Shown here piece after piece: positions 47,860-58,075 of a DNA stretch of 64,000 nt. Under the pieces are notes generated by a model. The model searched no databases. It was not told the origin of the DNA and worked only from the letters and a program-made list of their open reading frames with translations. A program made the translations under genes and the position numbers. Numbering within the stretch: position 1 is the stretch's first letter; each line of letters starts with the position of its first letter. The stretch lies in assembly GCA_963826115.1 (NCBI GenBank), contig CAWGVS010000012.1, forward strand, positions 288,001-352,000, read 5' to 3'. The stretch is from an uncultured Candidatus Rokubacteria bacterium (GTDB taxonomy: Bacteria > Methylomirabilota > Methylomirabilia > Rokubacteriales > DASRDR01).

Positions 47860-49161
47860 ATGAATGCTCAAGACCCCCCGGCGGTCTCACCGGCTCGCGC
47901 ACGGTACGCGCTGGGAGTGCTGTTCACGATCAACCTCTTCAACTACGTCGACCGGCAGGTCATCTCGGGCGTCCTCCCGCTCGTCCAGCAGGACCTTCGG
48001 CTGTCGGACACCGCCCTCGGGTGGCTCGCCTCCGCCTTCATGATCTTGTACCTGGCGGGGTCGGTCCCGCTCGGCATCCTGGGGGATCGGGTCGCCCGGA
48101 ACCGGCTCATCGCGGTGGGTATCGGGGTCTGGAGCGTGGCGACCTTCCTGTCCGGCCTCGCGCGCTCGTACGGGCAGCTCTTCGCCGCGCGCGCGGTCGT
48201 GGGCATCGGCGAGGCGTCCTACGGTCCCACGGCCAGCGCGATGGTCTCCGACCTCTTCCCGCGCGAGCGCCGCGGCTTCGTCAACGCCCTGTTCAACGCG
48301 GCCATTCCACTAGGCGGCGCGATCGGCGTGATCGCCGGCGGCCTGGTGGGTTCCCGCTACGGCTGGCGCGCCGCCTTCCTCCTAGTCGGCCTGCCGAGCC
48401 TCGCGCTCACCGTCCTGGCCTGGCGCCTCGGCGACCCGATGCGGGGCGCGCAGGACCGGCTGCCCTCCGCGGAAAGCGTGCCGCCCGTCGGGCTCTTCGA
48501 GGGCGTCGTGGGGCTCTTCCGCACGCCGACGTTCGTGATGGTCTGCGCGGTCGGCATGCTGGTCGCGTTCGCGATCGGCGCCTTCAACCACTGGCTCCCG
48601 CTCTACCTCCACCGCGTCAAGCAGTTCTCGGTGACCGAGGCCAGCTTCTGGTTCGGCATCCTGTCGGCGACAGGGGGATTCCTCGGGGTGGTGACCGGCG
48701 GCTACGTCGGCGACATGCTGGCGCGCCGCACCCCGGCGGGGCACCTCATCACGATCGCCGTGGGATTCCTGCTGGCGGCGCCCGCGGGCATCGTGATGAT
48801 GCTCGCCCAGAACCGCGCGATCTTCCTGCCGGCCCTGTTCTTCGCGGTGGCGTTCCTGGTGCTCTACATCGGCAGCGTCAACGCCGTGATCCACAACGTC
48901 GTGCACCCGACGCTGCGCGCGACGGCCGTCGCGATCTTCGTGTTCGTCATCAACCTTGGCGGGACGGCCCTGTCGCCCGCCATCGTCGGGCTCATCTCGG
49001 ACCGGCGCCAGTCGCTCCAGGCCGCCATGCTGATGCTGCCGGTCCTCGTGTTCTTCGCCGGCCTGATCGCGCTGGCCGCCGCGAGCGTCGTCGGCGCGGA
49101 CATGCGCCGGCTCGCGAACGGGCTCCGGCTCAATCCCGAGGGCGACGTGCCCCGTGGCTGA
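47860..49161 (+). CDS. Spinster-like MFS transporter
   Basis: NYVDRQ, G.LGDR..R, VGIGEASY and SDLFP..RRG motifs; start could be 47839. Confidence 0.85.
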   Translation: MNAQDPPAVSPARARYALGVLFTINLFNYVDRQVISGVLPLVQQDLRLSDTALGWLASAFMILYLAGSVPLGILGDRVARNRLIAVGIGVWSVATFLSGLARSYGQLFAARAVVGIGEASYGPTASAMVSDLFPRERRGFVNALFNAAIPLGGAIGVIAGGLVGSRYGWRAAFLLVGLPSLALTVLAWRLGDPMRGAQDRLPSAESVPPVGLFEGVVGLFRTPTFVMVCAVGMLVAFAIGAFNHWLPLYLHRVKQFSVTEASFWFGILSATGGFLGVVTGGYVGDMLARRTPAGHLITIAVGFLLAAPAGIVMMLAQNRAIFLPALFFAVAFLVLYIGSVNAVIHNVVHPTLRATAVAIFVFVINLGGTALSPAIVGLISDRRQSLQAAMLMLPVLVFFAGLIALAAASVVGADMRRLANGLRLNPEGDVPRG

Positions 49162-49492
49162 GCCGGTGCGGGTCGGCGAGCTGCTGGGAAACCTGCCGGG
49201 GCTCCAGGACTGGCTGGCCGAGGCCCGGCTGATCGCGGCCTGGCCGACGATCGCGGGGCCCGCCGGCGCGCGCTCGCGCGCGGAGGTCGTGGACCAGGGC
49301 ATTCTGCAGGTGGCGGTGGACGGCTCGGGCTGGCTCCACCGGCTCACGCTGGAAGAGCCGCGGCTGATCACGCGCTGTCGCGAGATCGCCGCGATCCGAG
49401 GGATTCGCTTCCGGTTGGCTACGCCTCCGGGCGCGGCGGCGCAGGCCGCCCGGCCCCATTCGCCGGAGGTCGAGGGAGAGGTGCGTCCATGA
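49154..49492 (+). CDS. DUF721 / DciA helicase-loader family protein
   Basis: AWPTIAGP, G.L.V.V..S.W...L and I..IRF motifs. Confidence 0.7.
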   Translation: MAEPVRVGELLGNLPGLQDWLAEARLIAAWPTIAGPAGARSRAEVVDQGILQVAVDGSGWLHRLTLEEPRLITRCREIAAIRGIRFRLATPPGAAAQAARPHSPEVEGEVRP

Positions 49493-51240
49493 TGGTGGTG
49501 AGACGGCGAGGAGTCCTGGGCGTGCTCGTCACGCTCCTGTTCCTGGGGTGTGCCGCCGGGCCCAACTCCGGGGGCATCGCCCCCGAGTCCGGCACGGCCG
49601 CGGAGCGCAACCGGGCGGCGATGGAGCGACCGGCGGATCCGATCGCCTACCTCCACCTGGTCCGGGCCCACTACTACGCGGAGGCCGCCGAGTGGCCGCA
49701 GGCCGTGGCTGAGCTCCGCCGGGCCATCGACCGCGATCCGCGGTCGGCGACGCTCTGGCACACCCTCGCGCGCTGGCTCGAGCGCCAGGGCGCCCACACC
49801 GAGGCGGTGACGGCGGCCAAGGAGGCCATCGCCCTCGACCCGAAGCGCGCCGGCGTCTACCTCACGCTCGCCGAGGCGTACCATGCGCAGAAGAACGAGG
49901 CCGAGGCGATCGCCACCCTCGAGCAGGCGATCCGGCTGAACCCGAAGGCCGCCGAGCCGTACGAGATCCAGGCGCGCTACGCGGCGGAGCGGAAGGACTA
50001 CGCCAAGGCCTCGCAGGCCCTCGAGCGGCTCCTCCAGGTCCAGCCCCAGCACGCCCGCGCGCACTTCCTGCTGGGCCGGCTCGCGATCGACCGTGAGGCG
50101 TGGGATGACGCCCTCCCCCACCTCCGGCGGGCGGTCGAGATCGATTCCGACCTGGACGCCGCCTGGGCGGCGCTGGCCTTCGTCTACGAGCAGCAGAAGA
50201 AGCCCGAGGACGCGGTGCGCGTCTACCTGGACGCGATCGACGCGAATCCCGACAATCTCGCGCTCCGCGACCGGCTGGGCGAGCTGCAGGTCCGGCTCGG
50301 CAACCTGGCCGGCGCCGGCGAGGCCTTCCAGGGCATGGTCGACCAGTCGCCCGGCGACCCGCGCGCCTGGATGAAGCTGGGCGCGGTCTACTACGAGCAG
50401 AAGCTCTACGACCGCGCGATCGAGGCGTTTCAGCGGGCCCTCGCGCTCGAGCCGGGGAACCTCCGCGCGCGCTTCTACCTCGCCTCCTCCTACCTCGACG
50501 CCGGCCGCGAGGGCGAGGCGCTCGAGGCCCTCAACGAGGTCCTGCGCTCCGACCCGAAGAACGTGGACGCGCGGCTGCAGCTCGGGTTCCTCCACAGCCG
50601 GGCGAAGCGCTACGACGAGGCGGTCCGGGTCCTGACCGAGGCGGCGAACCTCGACCCGCGCCGGCCAGACATCTTCCTCTACCTCGGCATGGCGCACTAT
50701 CGCGCCGGGCGCTACGACCAGGCGGCCCGGGCGTACGAGGAGGGGCTCGCGCTCGACGAGACCCACAAGGACCTCCACTTCCAGATGGGCGTCGTCTACG
50801 AGAAGCAGGGGCGGTTCGACCAGTCCGTGGCGGAGTTCCGGCGCGTCATCGCGCTCGACCCGAAGCACGCCGAGGCCTACAACTACGTCGGCTACATGCT
50901 CGCGGAAAAGGGCATCCGTCTGGACGAGGCGGAGCGCCTGATCCGGAAGGCGCTCGAGCTCGAGCCCGAGAACGGCTACTACATCGACAGCCTGGGCTGG
51001 GCGTACTACCAGCAGGGGCGCTACGTCGAGGCCGTCCGGGAGCTCCGGCGCGCGGTGGAGCTCACGCGCGGCAAGGACGACGCCGTCATCTACGATCACC
51101 TCGGCGAGGCGTACCTGAAGACCGGCGACACTCCGGCGGCGCTCTCGGCCTGGGAGAAGTCGCTCGAGCTCGACCCCGCCAACGACGCCGTCCGCCAGAA
51201 GATCCAGGGGACCCGCCAGACGCAAGAAGGCAAGAAGTAA
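49489..51240 (+). CDS. TPR-repeat lipoprotein
   Basis: Lipobox FLG|C; many TPRs; NYVGY..A..G..L and DSLGWAYY motifs. Confidence 0.88.
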   Translation: MMVVRRRGVLGVLVTLLFLGCAAGPNSGGIAPESGTAAERNRAAMERPADPIAYLHLVRAHYYAEAAEWPQAVAELRRAIDRDPRSATLWHTLARWLERQGAHTEAVTAAKEAIALDPKRAGVYLTLAEAYHAQKNEAEAIATLEQAIRLNPKAAEPYEIQARYAAERKDYAKASQALERLLQVQPQHARAHFLLGRLAIDREAWDDALPHLRRAVEIDSDLDAAWAALAFVYEQQKKPEDAVRVYLDAIDANPDNLALRDRLGELQVRLGNLAGAGEAFQGMVDQSPGDPRAWMKLGAVYYEQKLYDRAIEAFQRALALEPGNLRARFYLASSYLDAGREGEALEALNEVLRSDPKNVDARLQLGFLHSRAKRYDEAVRVLTEAANLDPRRPDIFLYLGMAHYRAGRYDQAARAYEEGLALDETHKDLHFQMGVVYEKQGRFDQSVAEFRRVIALDPKHAEAYNYVGYMLAEKGIRLDEAERLIRKALELEPENGYYIDSLGWAYYQQGRYVEAVRELRRAVELTRGKDDAVIYDHLGEAYLKTGDTPAALSAWEKSLELDPANDAVRQKIQGTRQTQEGKK

Positions 51241-51241
51241 G

Positions 51242-52024
51242 GTGCGGGCCGGAGGGCGGCGCGGCGCGCGGCGGGCCGCCGCCCTCCTGGCGCTCCCGCT
51301 CCTCCTCGCCGCGTGCGCGACGCCCCGTCCGGCGCCGCCGGCCGCCGCCCCCATCACGGCCAGCCAGGCCGTCGAGCTCGCCCAGCGGTGGGCCGCGGAA
51401 TGGGAAGGCTTCCAGGGTATGCGGGGCGCGATCGACCTCACGGTCAAGAACCGCCGGGAGAGCCAGCGCGTGTCGGCGCTCCTCATGGCGTCGCCCACCG
51501 CGCTCCGCGTCGACGTCATGACGCCGTTCGGGCTGCCCGCGCTGGTCGCGACCGCCGGGCCCGACGACATCACGATCTTCCGCGTGCTGGAGCGGCGCGT
51601 CCAGACCGCCCGGCCTTCGCCGGAGGCCGTCGAGCGATGGCTCGGCGTCCCGGTGGCGCCGGCCACACTCATCCGGCTCCTGGTCGGGAACGTCCCCCCG
51701 CCCGTGGATCCGCGCACGGTCACTGTCGAGGGCGTACCCAGCCCTCACATCGTGTGGACGGAGGGCGGCATCCGGCACCGCGTCTGGGTGACCGGTGAGG
51801 GCCGCCCGGCGCGGCTCCTCCTGGAGGCGCCCGGGGGCGCCGACCGCCTTGCCGCAGAGTACGAGTGGAGCGAGGCGGGCGGCCTCGTCGGCCTGCGCCT
51901 CGATGCCCCGGAGCGCGGAGCCGAGGTCATCGTCCGCTATCTCTCCGCCGAGTACGTCGAAAACCCGCCCGAGTCGTTCCGCCTGGCGCTGCCGTCGGAC
52001 ATTCCAGTCCAGCGGCTCGATTGA
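51242..52024 (+). CDS. LolB-like / DUF4292 lipoprotein
   Basis: Lipobox LAA|C; LR.D..TPFG and WLGVPV motifs; occupies the lolB position before ispE. Confidence 0.6.
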   Translation: MRAGGRRGARRAAALLALPLLLAACATPRPAPPAAAPITASQAVELAQRWAAEWEGFQGMRGAIDLTVKNRRESQRVSALLMASPTALRVDVMTPFGLPALVATAGPDDITIFRVLERRVQTARPSPEAVERWLGVPVAPATLIRLLVGNVPPPVDPRTVTVEGVPSPHIVWTEGGIRHRVWVTGEGRPARLLLEAPGGADRLAAEYEWSEAGGLVGLRLDAPERGAEVIVRYLSAEYVENPPESFRLALPSDIPVQRLD

Positions 52025-52049
52025 CAGGAACTCTGCGTCGTGTTAGGGT
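52021..52049 (+). promoter_or_regulatory. sigma70 promoter for ispE-tRNA-prs
   Basis: TTGACA-17 nt-TAGGGT with extended TG. Confidence 0.6.
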
Positions 52050-52072
52050 TTTCGGCGCTCTCCAGCGGGCGG

Positions 52073-52975
52073 GTGGAGGTCCGGGCGCGAGCCAAGATCA
52101 ACCTGGGGTTGGAGGTGCTCGGGCGGCGGACTGATGGCTATCACGAGCTCCGCTCCGTCATGTGGGCCGTCGAGCTGGCGGATCGGGTCACCCTCGAGAC
52201 CGGTGACCAGGGTATCTCGCTCGAGTGCGAGGCGCCTGACGTTCCCAATACTCCGGACAACCTCGCGTGGCGGGCCGCCGAGCTCGTGCGGCGGGAGACG
52301 GGCACGGTGAGCGGGCTCCGCATTCGGATCGACAAGCGCATCCCGGTAGCGGCCGGCCTGGGTGGCGGGTCGAGTGATGCCGCCGCGGTGCTCGCCGGCT
52401 TCCAGTGCCTTCGGGGCCGGCGGCTCGCCCCTCGGCGGCTCGGGCCTCTGGCGGTGGCGCTGGGGATGGACGTACCCTTCTTTCTGGGACGAAGCCCGGC
52501 ACTGGCGTGCGGACGGGGCGAGGTGCTGCGGCCGGTCCGGACCGGCGGGGACCTGTCCCTGGTGCTGGTCAACCCGGGCTTCCCGCTCGCGACCCGGGAG
52601 GTGTACGGGCGGCTCGAGCCGGGCGACTACGGCGACGGGCAGCGGGTCGCGGCGCTGGCGGCCGCGCTCCGCGGCGGGGCGCGGGCCGTCGCGGCCACCG
52701 TGACGAACGGGCTCGAGCGCGCGGCCGCGCGGCTGTGGCCGGGGCTGGCGGAGGTGAAGGCCTCCCTGCTCGAGGCGGGTTGCCTGGCCGCCCTGATGTC
52801 GGGCAGCGGCCCGACCGTCGTCGGCGTGGCGCCCTCGGGGCGCGCAGCCCTGCGGGTCCGAGACGCGCTGGGGACGCGGCCCTGGCGGCTCTGGGTCACG
52901 CGGACGGTCACGGGCCCGGCCCTGTCGGTTCGGGGCCGGAAGGCCGGGACGACCTGGGGCGTGGCCAAGTGGTAA
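52073..52975 (+). CDS. ispE: 4-diphosphocytidyl-2-C-methyl-D-erythritol kinase
   Basis: [27 protein letters not shown] and MSGSG motifs; GTG 52073 preferred because 52040 lies inside the promoter. Confidence 0.92.
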   Translation: MEVRARAKINLGLEVLGRRTDGYHELRSVMWAVELADRVTLETGDQGISLECEAPDVPNTPDNLAWRAAELVRRETGTVSGLRIRIDKRIPVAAGLGGGSSDAAAVLAGFQCLRGRRLAPRRLGPLAVALGMDVPFFLGRSPALACGRGEVLRPVRTGGDLSLVLVNPGFPLATREVYGRLEPGDYGDGQRVAALAAALRGGARAVAATVTNGLERAAARLWPGLAEVKASLLEAGCLAALMSGSGPTVVGVAPSGRAALRVRDALGTRPWRLWVTRTVTGPALSVRGRKAGTTWGVAKW

Positions 52976-53029
52976 GGCGCGGGACTTTGGATCCCGTATT
53001 CGGAGGTTCGAATCCTCCCGCCCCAACCA
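52955..53029 (+). tRNA. tRNA-Gln (TTG)
   Basis: TGGGGCG acceptor, CGGGA-CTTTGGA-TCCCG anticodon arm, GGTTCGAATCC T-arm, encoded CCA. Confidence 0.95.
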
Positions 53030-53084
53030 TCCGCACGAAGCGCGGACCCGCCAGCGCGGGTCCCGTGAAGGAGTGGCAGGAGCC

Positions 53085-54023
53085 ATGCCATACGAGCTGA
53101 AGCTGTTCACGGGGAACGCGCACCACGCACTCGCGGAGGAGATCGCCGCCTGCCTGGGGGTCCCCCTCGGCCAGGCGGAGGTCACCCGGTTCTCCGACGG
53201 CGAGGTGTTCGTCCAGATCGACGAGAACGTCCGCGGCGCGGACGTCTTCATCGTCCAGCCCACCTGCCCCCCGGTGAACGACTCCCTGATGGAGCTCCTG
53301 GTGATGCTCGACGCCGTGAAGCGGGCCTCGGCGGCGCGGATCACGGCGGTGCTGCCCTACTACGGGTACGCGCGGCAGGACCGGAAGGTGCAGCCCCGGG
53401 TGCCGATCTCGGCCAAGCTCGTGGCCGACCTCATCACCGCGGCGGGCGCCCAGCGCGTCCTCGCCCTCGACCTCCACGCCGGCCAGATCCAGGGCTTCTT
53501 CAACATTCCGGTCGACCATCTCTTCGCGGCCCCCGTCGTGATCGACTACCTCGACCAGCGCGGCCTGTCCGACCCGGTGGTGGTGTCGCCCGACGCCGGC
53601 GGGGTCGAGCGGGCGCGGGCCATCGCGAAACGCCTCCGGGCGGGGCTCGCGATCATCGACAAGCGCCGCGACGGCCCGAACGTCGCCGTGTTCATGCACC
53701 TGATCGGCGACGTCAAGGGCCAGGACGCGATCATCATCGACGACATGATCGACACCGCGGGGACGCTGGTGCAGGCCGCCGACGCGCTCAAGCGCGAGGG
53801 TGCCCGACGCATCCTCGCCTGCGGCGTGCACGCGGTGCTCTCCGGGCCGGCGATGGCCCGGATCGAGGGCGCGCCGCTCGAGGAGGTCGTCGTCACCAAC
53901 TCGATTCCGCTCGGCAAGGACAAGCAGATTCCCAAGATGACGGTTCTCTCGGTCGCGCCCCTCCTGGCGGAGGCGATCCGGCGCATCCACGACGAGGAAT
54001 CGGTCTCCACTCTGTTCGTGTAG
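53085..54023 (+). CDS. prs: Ribose-phosphate pyrophosphokinase
   Basis: [34 protein letters not shown] and DDMIDTAGT motifs. Confidence 0.97.
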   Translation: MPYELKLFTGNAHHALAEEIAACLGVPLGQAEVTRFSDGEVFVQIDENVRGADVFIVQPTCPPVNDSLMELLVMLDAVKRASAARITAVLPYYGYARQDRKVQPRVPISAKLVADLITAAGAQRVLALDLHAGQIQGFFNIPVDHLFAAPVVIDYLDQRGLSDPVVVSPDAGGVERARAIAKRLRAGLAIIDKRRDGPNVAVFMHLIGDVKGQDAIIIDDMIDTAGTLVQAADALKREGARRILACGVHAVLSGPAMARIEGAPLEEVVVTNSIPLGKDKQIPKMTVLSVAPLLAEAIRRIHDEESVSTLFV

Positions 54024-54052
54024 GCGCCGGACGCGCCAAGGAGAGGTCAGCC

Positions 54053-54751
54053 ATGAACATCCGCGAGTTGTCGGTCGAGCCCCGCGACGCCGTCGGGAAG
54101 GGCGCGGTCGGACGCCTCCGCCGGGAGGGCCGGGTCCCCGCCGTCCTCTACGGGGGCGGTAACGCGCCCGTCTCGCTCTCCGTGTCCCCGCTGGACGTGC
54201 AGCGCACGATCCAGGGTCACGGCGGCGGCGGCGTCCTGGTGAACCTGATGCTCCCCGGGAGCACGGAGCCGCGGACCGCGGTGGTGCGCGAGCTCCAGTA
54301 CCATCCCGTCCGCGACACGCTGGTCCACGTCGACTTCCAGGCGGTGCGGATGGACGAGGAGATCACGGTCGAGGTGCCGATCCACGTGGTCGGCGAGGCG
54401 GCGGGCGTCAAGGACCAGAGCGGCGTGCTCGCCCTCCTGCTGCGGACGGTGGAGGTCGCGTGCCTGCCCTCGCTCATTCCTGATCGGATCGACATCGACG
54501 TCTCCGCCCTCCGGATCCACGACGTGGCGACCGTCGCGAACCTGCAGCTGCCGGACGGCGTGCGCGTGACCGCGCCGGCGTCCCAGCCGGTCGTCACCGT
54601 GGCGCCGCCGATGGCTGAGGAGGTCGTGGCGGCCGTGGCCGCGCCGGCGGCGGAGCCCGAGGTCGTCACCGAGCGAAAGCCCAAGGACGAGGACGAGGCC
54701 AAGGGCAAGGACGAGGGCAAGGGCCGGGAGGAGGGCAAGGCCAAGAAGTAG
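54053..54751 (+). CDS. rplY: 50S ribosomal protein L25 / Ctc
   Basis: GKG...RLR..G.VPAVLYG, Q.HP...HVDF; long Ctc form. Confidence 0.95.
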   Translation: MNIRELSVEPRDAVGKGAVGRLRREGRVPAVLYGGGNAPVSLSVSPLDVQRTIQGHGGGGVLVNLMLPGSTEPRTAVVRELQYHPVRDTLVHVDFQAVRMDEEITVEVPIHVVGEAAGVKDQSGVLALLLRTVEVACLPSLIPDRIDIDVSALRIHDVATVANLQLPDGVRVTAPASQPVVTVAPPMAEEVVAAVAAPAAEPEVVTERKPKDEDEAKGKDEGKGREEGKAKK

Positions 54752-54782
54752 GGCCGGGCCGCCGGCGGCGGGACGTGCGCGG

Positions 54783-55349
54783 ATGGCCCCCGCGGGGGGC
54801 GGCGCGGGCTCGACGGCCCGCCTCATCGTGGGCCTCGGGAATCCGGGGTCGGAGTACCGGGACACGCGGCACAACCTCGGGCACCGAGTCGTCGAGGAGC
54901 TGGCGGAGCGCCTCGACGCGCGGTTCCGTCGCCGGGGGCCGGCCCACGTCGCCGAAGCGGAGTGGCGGGAGGCGCCGCTCCACCTCGCGAAGCTCGTGAG
55001 CTTCATGAACGTGAGCGGCCCGCCGGCCGCGCGGCTGCTGCGGCTCCTCGACGTGACGCCGGCGCAGCTGGTGGTCGTGCATGACGACCTGGATCTGCCG
55101 TTCGGCACCGTGCGGACCCGCCTGCGTGGCCGGCATGGGGGCCATCACGGCATGGAGTCGATCCTGAGCACGCTCGGCACCCAGGAGATCCGGCGGGTCA
55201 AGATCGGCGTGGGACGACCCGCCACCCGGGACGAGGTGGTGGACTGGGTGCTGACGGGCTTCTCGGACGAGGAGCAGTCGGCGCTGCCGGAGGTGATCGG
55301 GCGCGCCGCGGATGCGGCGCTGACGCTGGCCGGCGACGCGCGCGCATGA
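54783..55349 (+). CDS. pth: Peptidyl-tRNA hydrolase
   Basis: IVGLGNPG..Y..TRHN.G, FMN.SG, HDDLDL and IGVGRP motifs. Confidence 0.92.
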   Translation: MAPAGGGAGSTARLIVGLGNPGSEYRDTRHNLGHRVVEELAERLDARFRRRGPAHVAEAEWREAPLHLAKLVSFMNVSGPPAARLLRLLDVTPAQLVVVHDDLDLPFGTVRTRLRGRHGGHHGMESILSTLGTQEIRRVKIGVGRPATRDEVVDWVLTGFSDEEQSALPEVIGRAADAALTLAGDARA

Positions 55350-55375
55350 CGGGACACGGTGAGAGGGTCCGCGCG

Positions 55376-55404
55376 TGGACACCGCGGGGGCCCCGTGCTA
55401 TAAA
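55376..55404 (+). promoter_or_regulatory. rpsU promoter
   Basis: TGGACA-17 nt-TATAAA with extended TG. Confidence 0.6.
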
Positions 55405-55449
55405 CTATTCGTTTACCCAGCCAACCGGGACGGAAGGGGGGACGCGCAC

Positions 55450-55644
55450 GTGACGAAGGTCATCGTGGAGCCCGACGAGTCCTTCGAGAGCGCGCTCAAG
55501 CGCTTCAAGAAGCAGTGTGAGAAGGCGGGGCTCCTCTCGGAGCTGAAGAAGCGCCAGCACTACGAGAAGCCGAGCGTCAGGCGGAAGCGCAAGGCGCTGG
55601 CAGCTCGTAAGAAGGCCAAGCGACGGGAGCGCTACTCGGACTAA
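55450..55644 (+). CDS. rpsU: 30S ribosomal protein S21
   Basis: [16 protein letters not shown] and HYEKPS motifs; GTG start. Confidence 0.96.
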   Translation: MTKVIVEPDESFESALKRFKKQCEKAGLLSELKKRQHYEKPSVRRKRKALAARKKAKRRERYSD

Positions 55645-55665
55645 TCCCGAGGTCGGACGGACCAG

Positions 55666-58075
55666 ATGGAGCGGATCCGTGGCGACCTCTTGGGCTGGCA
55701 CCCCTTCCGTAATCTGCTCGCGCGCTTCGCGGCGACGCCGGCCGGACGGGATCGCGCCCGCGCGATCGCGCCGCACTCCGTCCTCTCGACCGTGCGCCAC
55801 GCCCTCCAGGAGACGACCGAGGCGCGCCGCGCCCTGACGGCGGAAGGTCCGCCGCCGTGGGACGGTGCGGGCGACGCCCGTCCCATCCTGGCCGAGGCGG
55901 CGCCGGCGGGCGCCGTCCTCGACGGCGCGGCGCTCGTGCAGCTCGGCGGGCTCCTCGCCACCGCCGCGCGCCTCCGGGCGTACGGCCAGCGCATCCAGGC
56001 GGTCGCGCCCACGCCTCGGCGGCGTCTGGGCCGCCCTCCCGGCCTTCCCCGATCTCGCGGGGACGATCGACGGAGCCCTCGGCCCCGACGGCCGCCTGAC
56101 CGACCGGGCGAGCCCGCGTCTCCGCGCGCTCCGTCGCCAGATCGCCGCCGCGCGGGCCGATCTCCAGGCTCGCGTCGAGCGCCTCCTCGACCACCCTCAC
56201 GTCCAGCCGGCGCTCCAGGAGCGGTACGTCACGCTCCGCAACGGGCGGTACGTCATCCCCGTGCGGGACGAGGCCCGGCGAGCGGTGCGCGGCATCATCC
56301 ACGATCGCTCCCAGAGCGGCGCCACGGTGTTCGTCGAGCCCGAGGAGACGATCCCGCTCAACAACGAGCTCACGCGGCTCTGTCTCGAGGAGCGGGACGA
56401 GGAGCAGCGCGTGCTTGCCGAGCTGACGGACGCCGTGCGGCGGGTGCTGCCGGCGCTCGGCGAGCTCGTGGAGGGGCTCGGCGCGCTCGACCTCGTCTTC
56501 GCGCGCGCCGCGCTGGCGGAGCGGCTCCACGCCACCGAGCCCGAGGTGTCCGCGGGCGGCGACCTCGAGCTCCACCAGGCGCGCCATCCCCTCCTGGTCG
56601 CCCAGCGGTGGAGCGCCGGAGCCGGCGCCGGCGACGTCGTGCCGATCGACCTCCGCGTGCCCGCCGACCGGCCGGGTCTCGTCCTGAGCGGTCCGAATGC
56701 CGGCGGCAAGACGGTCGCGCTCGAGACGGGCGGGCTGCTGGTCCTGATGGCCCAGGCCGGCTGCCACATCCCGGCCGCGCCGGGCAGCCGCGTCCCGCTC
56801 ACCGACCAGGTGCTAGCGGTGATCGGCGACGAGCAGAGCCTCGCCCAGGACCTCTCGACGTTCTCGTCGTTCGTGCGCCAGGTGCGGGAGATCCTGGAGG
56901 TCGCCGGCCCGGGTTCCCTGGTGCTCCTCGACGAGCTCGGGGCCGGCACCGATCCCGCCGAGGGCGCGGCGCTCGGCGCCGCCCTCCTCGAGGCGCTGCT
57001 CGACCGCGGCGCCCGCGTGATCGTCACGACCCACCTCGAGCCGCTCAAGGTCTTCGCCCAGGTGGAGCCGCGACTCCAGAACGCGACCGTCGCGTTCGAC
57101 GCCGAGCGGCTCGAGCCGACGTTCCGCCTGGAGTACGGGCATCCGGGGCCGAGCCACGCCCTCACGATCGGCGAGCGCCTGGGCCTCCCGTCCGACGTCA
57201 TCGCGCGCGCCCGCATGCACGTCGGCGAGGAGACCCGGCGGCTCGAGACCCTCCTCGCGACGCTCGAGGCGCGGACGCGGGACGCGGCGACGCGCAGCGC
57301 CGAAGCGGCCCGGCGCGAGGCGGCCGCGGCAACCGCGCTGGCGACGGCCGCGGCCTCGGCCGAGCGCGCCCGCGTCGAGGCGGGCGACCTCCGGCGGGTA
57401 GCGGAGCAGGAGGCGCAGGCGCTCCTCGCCGACGCCCGGCGTCGGGTCGGCCAGGAGCTCGACCGCCTGAAGACCGACGAGGCGGGCCGGCGCCGCGCCG
57501 CGCAGGAGGCCTACCGCCAGTTGCGGGCCGCCGAGGCCACGCTCCAGCCGGTGCCGACCGCGTCCGACCAGCCCGCGTTCGCCGGCGAGGTCCAGCTCCG
57601 GGGGCTCGGGCTCCGGGGCCGCATCGTCGCGGAGGCCGACGGCCAGGTCACCGTCCAGGCCGGGCACCTCACCGTGAAGGTCGCGCGCAGCGAGATCGAG
57701 CCCGCCCCCGCCCGGACCGCGCGGTCCGCGCCCGCCGTCTCCGTGCCCGTGCGGGAGGACGTGCCGCGCGAGCTTCACCTCCTCGGGCTCACGTCGGACG
57801 AGGCGCGCGCGGCCGTCGAGAAGTTCCTCGATGACGCCGCGCTCGCCGGACACCGCGAGATCCGCCTGATCCACGGCAAGGGCACCGGCGCCCTCCGGCG
57901 CGCGGTGGAAGGCTGTCTCCGGGGCCATCCCCTGGTCGGAAGCTTCCGCCTCGCCGAGCCGGCGGCCGGCGGCGCCGGCGTGACGGTCGCGGTCCTCGAA
58001 GGCGCCGAGGCGGCCGACGGCCTCGCGCGCCGCCGCGGGCCGGGCACCCTCTCGGGGCGGAGGGCCAGCCGGTGA
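55666..58075 (+). pseudogene. mutS2: MutS2 (RqcU) with a +1 frameshift near 56008-56015 (sequence error, pseudogene or recoding)
   Basis: N-terminus in the 55666 frame; the rest (HDRSQSGAT, GPNAGGKT, IGDEQS..LSTFS, DELGAGTDP, TTH, Smr IHGKGTG) in the 55865 frame. Confidence 0.85.
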
